Of a DNA stretch of 64,000 bases, positions 51,748-60,061 are shown piece by piece (the stretch's first letter is position 1; each line of letters starts with the position of its first letter). The stretch lies in sequence record PP496443.1; one strand, 5' to 3'. The notes under the pieces are model-generated. The model was not told the origin of the DNA, searched no databases, and saw only the letters and a program-made list of their open reading frames with translations. A program made the position numbers and the translations under genes.

Positions 51748-54700
51748 GTGTTAATATCCAGAGCGTCATTAGAGAAGTTTGATTTCGGAAGTCTGTTTGA
51801 TGATCACGTCAACAACGTCGGCAAACCGTACAAGGTACAGTCAGTAAGATCCACCGATTGGTTCCAGTCCAAGGAACGTCTGCTGGTGATCATGGGTCGT
51901 CCCAACTACCGGGATGCCAAAGACGAAGTGCGCTGCATGATGGGCGCAGATGAAACCCGCATGGTGTTCGATAACCTGCTGGACTTGGCTGCGTCCAACG
52001 CTGAGGTTTATGCGAAGAAGGCGGGAATCAAGCTACGGTCCCGTAACAAGCACGCGATCATGGTCACCAACTTCCAGATTGCTGACCTGAGTTCCGCGTC
52101 GGAGGAAACAGAGTCCATCGCCAACCACGCAGCGGCGAATCGCGTCTCCATGCTGATCCACGTTACCCGGCCCACCAAGGTATTGATCGTCGGGCTGTAC
52201 GCCGAGTCGTACCTGATGGAACGCTCGGGCATCGAGTACCCGGCCAAGAAGCGCGGCAACCCGCATCAGGTTGAGTTCAAGGTTGAGTTCAAGCCCAACG
52301 AGAAAGAACTCAAGCGTATGCAGTCACTGGAAAAGATGCGATCCAAGGCGTTGGTACGGGAACTGGAGAGCAACGAGTACCACCCATGGGTCAACTTCTT
52401 TCTTGAGGAAGTGGCGCACGAAGGTGCCAAGCTGGCTGACTTCGCCAAGAAGGGTGGAACCTACTCGCTGAGCAACACGGTCCAGACGTTCTCCACCATC
52501 GACTATGATCGGGCGTTCACCAGTGGTTCCGGCGAGAGCGACCTCGATGATGACGCGGTAGTGGAAGCCAACCTGCTCGGGTATGTGAGCCGGAACATCG
52601 CCAACTGCCTGCTCGGCTGCAACCCATTCAGCCTACGTCATCTGTTCAGTGAGAAGCAACCGTCGGGTCCGAAAGGTAAACCCACGATCCAGTGCCACTA
52701 CGTTGATACGCTGAAGAAGTTCGATGCGTTGTGGGACAAGGTGATGGATGCTGATCTGGTGTCCCTCGACGTTGAGACGACCGGCTTCTACCCGCACACT
52801 AACCGGTTGCTGTCACTTCAGGTAGCCACTCGTAAGGAGGAAGGTTTCTTCGTCCCGCTCTATCACAAGGACACCCCGTTCACCAAGAAGGAACTGGAGC
52901 ACATCCGTCTGCGCGTCAAAGCGTTGCTGGAACTCAAGGTTACCTATCACAAGAACCAGCGCCGCAAGCGCATGATGCTCGGCCAGAACTTCGGCTTCGA
53001 CAAGAAGTGGCTGATGCACTGGTGCGACGTACGCTATCTGTACTGGCCGGTGTGGGACACTATCGCTGGTGAGTTCTGCCTTGACGACAACCTCAAGGGT
53101 CTGGTGGGTAAGGCACTCGGCTACAAGTACACCCCGTTCTCGTTGGACTCCATTGTGGCGTCGTACGAGAACTACCACTATCTGGAATCGGAGTTCGGCA
53201 AGGAAGACCGGACCACCATCGAGCATGCCAAGTTCGGTCCAGGTGAACCGGTTGTCACCTACGGTTGCATGGACGTTGTCTTCCCCATCGCCGCCATGGA
53301 ACAGCAACTGAACCGTGCAGAGTGTGAGCACTGGCCGACCGGTAACTACCGAGACACCATGTTCAACTTCATGCTGGCCCAGATGTCGAACATGATCAAG
53401 GTGCAGTCGGGTATGTCGCACCGAGGCATCATGATGGACCAAGGTTACATGGAGTTCCAGCTGAGCGAAGAAGGTGTGTTTGCCAAGGACGTGGAACGCC
53501 TGACCCGCGAGTTGTACGCGTCCAAGAACGTGAAGAAAGCATCCGAGATGCTCAGGGGAAAGAAAGGTATCCCTCAAGGTTCCCTGTTCGGTAATGCGGA
53601 TGGCGGCGGGGATGCTGCAGGTTTCAACCATGCCAAGCAGGAACACTTGGAGATCCTGTTCTTCGACGTGCTCAAACTGGCGCCGGTCAACGTCAAGAAG
53701 GAAACGGACAAGCGCTCGCTGGACGATGACTTCAAGAAGGCGTACAAAGCCGTACCAGAGGTTGCATGCTGGGCGCAGATGGGTAAGATGCAGCGGTTGC
53801 TCGACACGTTCATCCGCGCCATCTACAACCACATGAACAACGATCCAGATTACTCGGTGCACAACAGGCTCCATCCCGGCTACGGATTCAAGGAGGTTGT
53901 GACCGGTCGATCCAACAGTAGCAAACCGTCGCTCCAGCAGATCCCGGTTCACAGTGCCGAGGCTAAGTACGTCAAGCGGCAGTTCGTGGCTCCGATGTGG
54001 ACCTTGTTCGACGATGCTGACTATAGCTCTCATGAGGTTCGCTGCGCGGGTATCACGGCGTTCGACGAAGCCTCCTGCTCGGGCTTCCGTAAGATTCACA
54101 ACATCGTACTGGATCACAGGCTATATCCGTCGAAGGACAACAAGATCGTCCTGCTCACAGCGGGCGACAGTCACAAGCAGAACTACTCCCGCTTCACCGG
54201 TCTGGATATCAAGGAGTGGATCACCTTCGACTTGACCGAGGAAGGCAAGAAGAAGGCAAAGGCACTGCGACAAATCGCCAAGACCATCGTGTTCGGTGCG
54301 ATCTATGGTAAGTCAGCCCCGTCGCTGGCGGCAGAGCTGGGTATCAGCGTCGAGGAAGCCGAAGAACTGCTGTTCAACTTCTTCAAGGAGTTCGCGGACC
54401 TCAAGGACTGGCTGGAGTGGACCAAAGACTATTCCAACAAGCACTTGTACACCTTCGGCCCCCACGGTCGCAAGCGCCGTCTGTTCGGCTACATCACCGG
54501 CATCAAGCGTACCCAGTCTGCGATGGAACGTCGTGCGCAGAACTCACCAATTCAAGGCTTCGCATCGGACGTTATGTTCGACGCCGCCGAGATGTATGCG
54601 CAAAAGCAGCATGAGGTGTACGCACTGATAGAAGCCAACCGTAGCCTGCGCAAGATGCTGAGCAAGGAGCTGGAGATTGTCAATCAGTTCCCTACTGGCG

Positions 54701-55155
54701 CCAACGTTCTGGTGCACGACTCCAGCAAGTCAGAGTCACCGTTCAACTTCCTGCTGATGAACATGCACATCAAAGAGTGGTGTATGACCACGGGCGTCCA
54801 GAACTATCTGGAGTCCAACTTCGACATGCAGTTCTTGACCCCGTTCGGTATCGACTTCGACATCGGCGCATCGTGGGCAGACATGGAAGGCTGGGACTTC
54901 AACCCGACCACCCTGATCGGACCTCAGCCCAAGGACAAAGACGGCAAGCCGGGTATGGGCATCATCGAGACGGCACTGGAGAACAGCCAGAAGATTCACA
55001 ACTACTCGTTCAACACCGACAAGGTGGCGCAGGGTATGTTCACCAGCTACCACATGCTGCGAGACGAGCTGAAGCTGGATGAACTCTTCCCGTTGAACAT
55101 GAAGTACTGCGTGGACAAGGACTGGCAGGTGCCTACCCCGAAACTTCCAAAGTGA
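51748..55155 (+). CDS. polA: Family A DNA polymerase with 3'-5' exonuclease and an N-terminal UDG-like domain
   Basis: Exo: SLDVETTG, GQNFGFD, YGCMDV. Pol: TGRSNSSKPSLQQIP, DADYSSHEVR, RQIAKTIVFGAIYG, NSPIQGFASD, VLVHDS. Start placed at GTG 51748 (GAGGGT RBS); TTG 51730 is the alternative. Confidence 0.95.
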   Translation: MLISRASLEKFDFGSLFDDHVNNVGKPYKVQSVRSTDWFQSKERLLVIMGRPNYRDAKDEVRCMMGADETRMVFDNLLDLAASNAEVYAKKAGIKLRSRNKHAIMVTNFQIADLSSASEETESIANHAAANRVSMLIHVTRPTKVLIVGLYAESYLMERSGIEYPAKKRGNPHQVEFKVEFKPNEKELKRMQSLEKMRSKALVRELESNEYHPWVNFFLEEVAHEGAKLADFAKKGGTYSLSNTVQTFSTIDYDRAFTSGSGESDLDDDAVVEANLLGYVSRNIANCLLGCNPFSLRHLFSEKQPSGPKGKPTIQCHYVDTLKKFDALWDKVMDADLVSLDVETTGFYPHTNRLLSLQVATRKEEGFFVPLYHKDTPFTKKELEHIRLRVKALLELKVTYHKNQRRKRMMLGQNFGFDKKWLMHWCDVRYLYWPVWDTIAGEFCLDDNLKGLVGKALGYKYTPFSLDSIVASYENYHYLESEFGKEDRTTIEHAKFGPGEPVVTYGCMDVVFPIAAMEQQLNRAECEHWPTGNYRDTMFNFMLAQMSNMIKVQSGMSHRGIMMDQGYMEFQLSEEGVFAKDVERLTRELYASKNVKKASEMLRGKKGIPQGSLFGNADGGGDAAGFNHAKQEHLEILFFDVLKLAPVNVKKETDKRSLDDDFKKAYKAVPEVACWAQMGKMQRLLDTFIRAIYNHMNNDPDYSVHNRLHPGYGFKEVVTGRSNSSKPSLQQIPVHSAEAKYVKRQFVAPMWTLFDDADYSSHEVRCAGITAFDEASCSGFRKIHNIVLDHRLYPSKDNKIVLLTAGDSHKQNYSRFTGLDIKEWITFDLTEEGKKKAKALRQIAKTIVFGAIYGKSAPSLAAELGISVEEAEELLFNFFKEFADLKDWLEWTKDYSNKHLYTFGPHGRKRRLFGYITGIKRTQSAMERRAQNSPIQGFASDVMFDAAEMYAQKQHEVYALIEANRSLRKMLSKELEIVNQFPTGANVLVHDSSKSESPFNFLLMNMHIKEWCMTTGVQNYLESNFDMQFLTPFGIDFDIGASWADMEGWDFNPTTLIGPQPKDKDGKPGMGIIETALENSQKIHNYSFNTDKVAQGMFTSYHMLRDELKLDELFPLNMKYCVDKDWQVPTPKLPK

Positions 55156-55162
55156 GACAACC

Positions 55163-55423
55163 ATGAACTTCATCTACAAAGAGGACTTCAACCCTGCTGA
55201 CGTAGAGTTGTATCGCCAAGTCCAGATAATCACGCCGACTGACCCAACGGAGGACCTGATGATGCTGTGGTTCTCCTTCCGCTACATTGCGCTGCGCCAG
55301 TCCATCCTCCGGGGAAAGACATTGACCCCGGCTACCAACTGGTCGAACGAGATATTCGACGAAGCGGTGGATTCCTTGCTGGAAGACACATTGGGACTAA
55401 AGCGCCCACCCATGGAGGCGTGA
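55163..55423 (+). CDS. Small hypothetical protein (paralog of 55428-55751)
   Basis: C-terminus FDEAVDSLLEDTLGLKRP. Confidence 0.65.
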   Translation: MNFIYKEDFNPADVELYRQVQIITPTDPTEDLMMLWFSFRYIALRQSILRGKTLTPATNWSNEIFDEAVDSLLEDTLGLKRPPMEA

Positions 55424-55427
55424 CGCC

Positions 55428-55751
55428 ATGATAGGTAACGGTCAAGCTTTCAATGTAAGTCAGGAGCTGAAAGACGCTACTGCTGAATATCTGGATATTT
55501 ATCGCCATGGCACTTCAGGTGACATCGAACTAGCGTGGACAGTCGTGCGCTACGAGTTCCTCAAGGCACAAGCCACGTGCGACGCGGAGGCAATTATCGA
55601 AGGGGGACTAGCACCACGAAGACAAGTCGGTTCTAATTTCTGGTATGACTTGAAGATGCGCGTTCCCGCAGCAACAGTTTCCGAAAGCTTCGATGATGCT
55701 GTAGACTTGTGGCTGGAAACGCTGCTAGACGTCAAGCGACCGGGTAAATAG
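55428..55751 (+). CDS. Small hypothetical protein (paralog of 55163-55423)
   Basis: C-terminus FDDAVDLWLETLLDVKRP. Confidence 0.65.
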   Translation: MIGNGQAFNVSQELKDATAEYLDIYRHGTSGDIELAWTVVRYEFLKAQATCDAEAIIEGGLAPRRQVGSNFWYDLKMRVPAATVSESFDDAVDLWLETLLDVKRPGK

Positions 55752-55760
55752 CCGGTGACT
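55744..55760 (+). promoter_or_regulatory. GTAAATR box (extended copy)
   Basis: GTAAATAGCCGGTGACT upstream of queE. Confidence 0.6.
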
Positions 55761-55789
55761 AACTACGTATCTATAGGGATACCGCAAAC

Positions 55790-56761
55790 ATGAAAGATAT
55801 GCGCTATACCGAACTGTTCTATTCCCTCCAAGGTGAGGGTTTACGCGTTGGAGTGCCGTCGGTATTCTTCCGCATGTTCGGTTGCAACTTCGAGTGCAAG
55901 GGATTCTCCAATCCTGAAATGAAAGACCCCAACGTGATCCCGGCAATAAATCTGCTGTCGATCAACGAAGCTGACCTGGAGCTGGGTTGTGACTCTCGTT
56001 ACAGCTGGCACAAGGACTATCGCAACCTGGCTATCAAAGCTGCACCTCATGAGGTGGCCAACACCCTGATCGACTTCACGAAAGAGAAGCACCGGGCGGC
56101 GGTGGCTCGCTGGCCCAAGCGTAACCGTGCAGGCAATGTCGTCCGTTTGACCCCCGGCCAGACTACGAGTGAAATACTCCAGATTGCCACGATGGCTCAT
56201 GTGCCTGACTGGGTCTTCACCGGCGGTGAACCGTTCATGCAGCAAGAGCAACTCGAAGCCCTGCTGCGGCACACCATGTACGTGGTGGATGAAGAACAGG
56301 TGGAGTTCGGCGGCAATGGACTTCCTATGTTGACCTTCGAGACTAACGCCAGCATCAAGATGCGTGACTCTATGGTTAGCTGCCTGCGTGAGTACAATGA
56401 CAACTTCGGGGACTTGCACTTCTCCAACAGCCCCAAGCTGTCGTTCACCGGAGAGCATCGCAGTGCGGCGCTCAAGCCCGAAGTTATCGGCCAGCAAGAG
56501 CAAACGGGTGGATCCAGTTCTTTCAAGTTCGTGGTACGCCCCGCACGTGAAGACTTCGATGAGCTGATGGAGTTCATGCAAGAGTACATGTCGTACACCG
56601 GATCGGGCAATCTGGAAGGCATTTACGTCATGCCGGTCGGTGCCAGCCTACATCAACAGCAGGCCATCGCCACACAGGTTGCCGAGCTGGCACTGGAATA
56701 CGGCCTGTCCTACAGCCCCCGACTCCAGTGTGACCTGTGGGCCAACAAGATAGGGACGTGA
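55790..56761 (+). CDS. queE: 7-carboxy-7-deazaguanine synthase (radical SAM)
   Basis: ELFYSLQGEG..VGVPSVFFRMFGCNFEC...CDS (expanded Cys motif), FTGGEP, FETN, SNSPKL, FKFVV, SPRLQ. Confidence 0.92.
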   Translation: MKDMRYTELFYSLQGEGLRVGVPSVFFRMFGCNFECKGFSNPEMKDPNVIPAINLLSINEADLELGCDSRYSWHKDYRNLAIKAAPHEVANTLIDFTKEKHRAAVARWPKRNRAGNVVRLTPGQTTSEILQIATMAHVPDWVFTGGEPFMQQEQLEALLRHTMYVVDEEQVEFGGNGLPMLTFETNASIKMRDSMVSCLREYNDNFGDLHFSNSPKLSFTGEHRSAALKPEVIGQQEQTGGSSSFKFVVRPAREDFDELMEFMQEYMSYTGSGNLEGIYVMPVGASLHQQQAIATQVAELALEYGLSYSPRLQCDLWANKIGT

Positions 56762-56763
56762 TC

Positions 56764-57108
56764 ATGGATTCCTTTCAAGAGTGGTTCATTTACGACGTGA
56801 TGTTTTGGGTGACGACAGGTGCCATGTTACTCGTTGCCTTGATGAGCTTACTGGTGACACTGGTACTGGTCAAGATGGACCAGCGCATGGTAAATAAAGG
56901 TTACTGGAGTGCACCCCAAAATCGGGGTGATCCGGCCTTCCTGTGGTTCCACATAACCATGACCGTGATCTTCTTTCTCCTTGTCATCACGGACCTCATA
57001 AACGCCAGACTGTTCACTATCATCGGAACCATTGGGTACTGCGCTATCTCTATATACGCGCTGATCCTCAGGTTCCCCACGACTACCAACAAGGACACCC
57101 CGCAATGA
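56764..57108 (+). CDS. Three-TM membrane protein
   Basis: Three hydrophobic helices. Confidence 0.7.
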   Translation: MDSFQEWFIYDVMFWVTTGAMLLVALMSLLVTLVLVKMDQRMVNKGYWSAPQNRGDPAFLWFHITMTVIFFLLVITDLINARLFTIIGTIGYCAISIYALILRFPTTTNKDTPQ

Positions 57109-58331
57109 CGATCAAAGACCGTAACCGCCGAGAGAAACGTAGCAAGCGCGACAGCCGACTGGTCAAGTCTGTCAAGTCCCGTACCTCCAGCTGGAAGTTG
57201 CACATCAACCCCGGAACACTGGTCAAGAGCATGCAGAACGCCCTGACCATGACCAAGAGCGAGCACGTGCTGCTGACTGTCGAGACGTCGCCGGAGGGTA
57301 ACGCCCAGATAGTAATCGTCGCCACGGGTAACGACGTGCAGTTCAAGCAGGTAGTGGTCGGCACCATCGATCAACTGGGTCCAGAGCCGGGGCTGGGGTT
57401 GGACGTTAACGTCTTGACCGGCATTGCACGTGGCCGGAAAGAGATGTGCCTGTTCACCGAACCAGACGATACCCGCATTCACTTCTCGTCGAAGGGCGCC
57501 AATGGCCGGGCCTACTCCGGAGATGTGTGTTCGGTCCCTGATATAGCCTTCGCCGTGGACAGCATCGCCCCGAGTAAAGACGATGTGATCCTCGATCAGA
57601 GCATTCGTACCGCGTTGCAGGCGGCCGTCAACCGTGTGGGACTGACCGACGTGGTGGAAGGCAAGGAGCTGGATCTGTGGGTACAAGCCAACATGAAGGG
57701 CTTGACCGTGGCGTGCTTCGACACTCTGCACGTAGCAACCCTGCATTTCTCCGAACTCAAGGTGAAGCGTGACTTCAACCTGAACTTGCCGCTGTCCACG
57801 TTCACTACCATTCAAGGCCTTACCGAGAGCGGCGAGTTCACCATCGGCATCGCAGACAACACCATCACGGCGTACAGCGACGAGTTCTTCGTGAGCATGC
57901 CGCTGCTGCAAGAGACGGCGCGTACCCAATCGCTGGCCGACGTGTTGAGCCTGCTGCAAACCATCGCCAGCAACGGCAGCCCAGAGGCTAGCTTCACGTG
58001 TTCGGTGGAAGATCTGAACACCGCGCTAGGCTCGACCAACGCGGTCTTTGAAACGGGTGCCAAGACCCGACTGACCGTCGAGAAGAAAACCGGGGTGACG
58101 ATCAACATCAAGACCAGCTACGGTCAAGTAAATGACCAAGTGGCGAACGACAACTTCACAGGCAGCGGCGAATTCGTAATCTCGCAACCGTTGCTGGAAG
58201 ATATCCTGCGGGTGTACAGCGACGACAAGATCACCCTCAAGCTGTATAACGATAAGCCGGCCTCGCTGCTGTCGGCCACGGGTAAGGTAAAGGATTATAC
58301 CTATACCTACATCGCACTGTTGATGGATTGA
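57105..58331 (+). CDS. dnaN: DNA polymerase sliding clamp (beta-clamp-like)
   Basis: About 408 aa, three-fold alpha/beta repeat (IVIVATGND, LTVACFDTLHVA, FVISQPLLEDIL, YIALL); replication context; start re-placed at 57105. Confidence 0.65.
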   Translation: MTIKDRNRREKRSKRDSRLVKSVKSRTSSWKLHINPGTLVKSMQNALTMTKSEHVLLTVETSPEGNAQIVIVATGNDVQFKQVVVGTIDQLGPEPGLGLDVNVLTGIARGRKEMCLFTEPDDTRIHFSSKGANGRAYSGDVCSVPDIAFAVDSIAPSKDDVILDQSIRTALQAAVNRVGLTDVVEGKELDLWVQANMKGLTVACFDTLHVATLHFSELKVKRDFNLNLPLSTFTTIQGLTESGEFTIGIADNTITAYSDEFFVSMPLLQETARTQSLADVLSLLQTIASNGSPEASFTCSVEDLNTALGSTNAVFETGAKTRLTVEKKTGVTINIKTSYGQVNDQVANDNFTGSGEFVISQPLLEDILRVYSDDKITLKLYNDKPASLLSATGKVKDYTYTYIALLMD

Positions 58332-58720
58332 TGAAACCCTCGGACATCAAGCACATACCGTTGCATACGTTCGTCAAGGTGGGAGTGGCCGAATACCTGT
58401 TCCTGAACCGCAGCGCAGTTTCAGGTATCAAGCTGACCACCACCAAGATGGCGTTGGATGAGATTCCGAGCATCCATGTCCACGAGATTACCATGGGTAA
58501 AGACGGCATCCACGTAGGGTATCTGTTCAAGACACCCAAGCGAGTTGCCCACTCGGCGAAGTCGCTGATCTTTGCCCCCGCTATTTCCATAGATGCAGCC
58601 AAGCGATGTGAGGCTGTGTTCCAAGAATTCTTTGTCGGCTTAGACTGCTGGGTGACTTCCGAAGGGGGTACGTTGTTCAACGCCCAGAAGTACGATGCCT
58701 CATTACTCAAACCATTATAA
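58331..58720 (+). CDS. Hypothetical protein
   Basis: TGATG coupling to the clamp gene. Confidence 0.6.
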   Translation: MKPSDIKHIPLHTFVKVGVAEYLFLNRSAVSGIKLTTTKMALDEIPSIHVHEITMGKDGIHVGYLFKTPKRVAHSAKSLIFAPAISIDAAKRCEAVFQEFFVGLDCWVTSEGGTLFNAQKYDASLLKPL

Positions 58721-58729
58721 GGGCCTACC

Positions 58730-59470
58730 ATGGCTATTGATGCACATAAGTATCCGTTGTTGGCGGCGGCTCAAGACCGACTCATCGAGTCTGGTCAGCG
58801 CTATTTTGCGAATGACAATATCCATCCGGTATTTGAATACCTGGACAACATGGCATTGCCTATGCCAGTCGGGGCTCAGACACTGGAGCAGATGAAGGAG
58901 GCTGTTCAAGAGAAGTACGGCGAGCTGCTGGAACTCCTCTTGATCGATTGGGCTGCGGATCATAACTCCGAAGGTACCCCGCGCCGTGTCGCCAAGATGC
59001 TGGTCGAGGAAACCTACAAGGGTCGCTATCAGCCGACGCCGAAGATCACCGCGTTCCCCAACGACAGCAAGCGTACCCAGATGATCGTGATCGGGCCGCT
59101 GCGCGTTGAGAGCCAGTGCAGCCATCACCATCAGAACATCCGGGGCTGGGCATGGGTCGGTGTTATGCCGTCGGAAGATGGTACACTGATCGGTCTGTCG
59201 AAGTTCAGCCGCCTACTTGATCATATCTGCCGCCGTCCTCAGATCCAAGAGGAAATGGTTGCTCAGGTGTGTCACCAGTTGAACGATCTGGTCAAGGACA
59301 ATCTCGGGGTTGCGGTCGTGATCAACGCAGAGCACCAGTGCATGGCCGTTCGGGGTGTTCAAGAGCCGTGTGCCCAAACCGTTACGTCGGAGATGCTGGG
59401 TGCGTTCCTCGAACCTGGTGTTCGTCAGGAGTTCCTGACCTACGTGCAAATGAACCCAGCCCCGTGCTAA
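58730..59470 (+). CDS. folE: GTP cyclohydrolase I
   Basis: TPRRVAKM, ESQCSHH, GLSKFSR, RPQIQEE, AEHQCMAVRGV, TSEMLGAF. Confidence 0.93.
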   Translation: MAIDAHKYPLLAAAQDRLIESGQRYFANDNIHPVFEYLDNMALPMPVGAQTLEQMKEAVQEKYGELLELLLIDWAADHNSEGTPRRVAKMLVEETYKGRYQPTPKITAFPNDSKRTQMIVIGPLRVESQCSHHHQNIRGWAWVGVMPSEDGTLIGLSKFSRLLDHICRRPQIQEEMVAQVCHQLNDLVKDNLGVAVVINAEHQCMAVRGVQEPCAQTVTSEMLGAFLEPGVRQEFLTYVQMNPAPC

Positions 59471-59479
59471 GGTGACATC

Positions 59480-60061
59480 ATGGCAGTCAAGTCCACCCCA
59501 AAGAAACCGGAGAGGCCACCCAAGACGGATCGGGTAGCTCGGGGCTTCTCCGCCAAGACGGAAGATCCGTACAAGGACATCAACTACATCTCCCTCGGGA
59601 AGATCCTCAAGTCGGTGCGGATCGATCCTGCTGGAATGAAAGTGGAGATCCGCCGGATCCACAAGGACCGTAGTTCTCGAAAACTGGTCAGTATCAACGT
59701 GACAGGTGATGAGCTGTCCGCAACGGGTCGCCGGGATAACTCTCGTCGGTCCCGACTGGTGGAGATTGCCAGTGACTGCCGTGAAGCGCGTAACGAAGTG
59801 GCTAAGGCCTATGACGCCGTGCACATGCACATCGCGGTAACCTACGGCAAGACGTACTTCACGGAGTTCAAGGCCATCGCATCGCTCAACTCGGCGGTGT
59901 ACAACATGGAGAACTTCGTGAAGGCAGCTGACCTGCTGGGGACGCTGGACTCGGTTATCCAGATGGCAACCTTCGCCATCGAGGACATCGACAAGTCCGG
60001 CATGAACCTGACCATGGCATTGAAAGCGCTTGAACTGAAAGCGCGAGGGAAGGACTTCTAA
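59480..60061 (+). CDS. Hypothetical helical protein (193 aa)
   Basis: AAGGT RBS; coupled to the helicase gene. Confidence 0.7.
   Translation: MAVKSTPKKPERPPKTDRVARGFSAKTEDPYKDINYISLGKILKSVRIDPAGMKVEIRRIHKDRSSRKLVSINVTGDELSATGRRDNSRRSRLVEIASDCREARNEVAKAYDAVHMHIAVTYGKTYFTEFKAIASLNSAVYNMENFVKAADLLGTLDSVIQMATFAIEDIDKSGMNLTMALKALELKARGKDF

Noticed and set aside
51714-51782. Short ORF MKVPVFEEGNLCVNIQSVIREV overlapping the polA start across a T5 run (possible programmed frameshift)
   Set aside because: A GTG at 51748 with a good GAGGGT RBS explains polA initiation without a shift; no further evidence for recoding, although a homopolymer sequencing error cannot be excluded.
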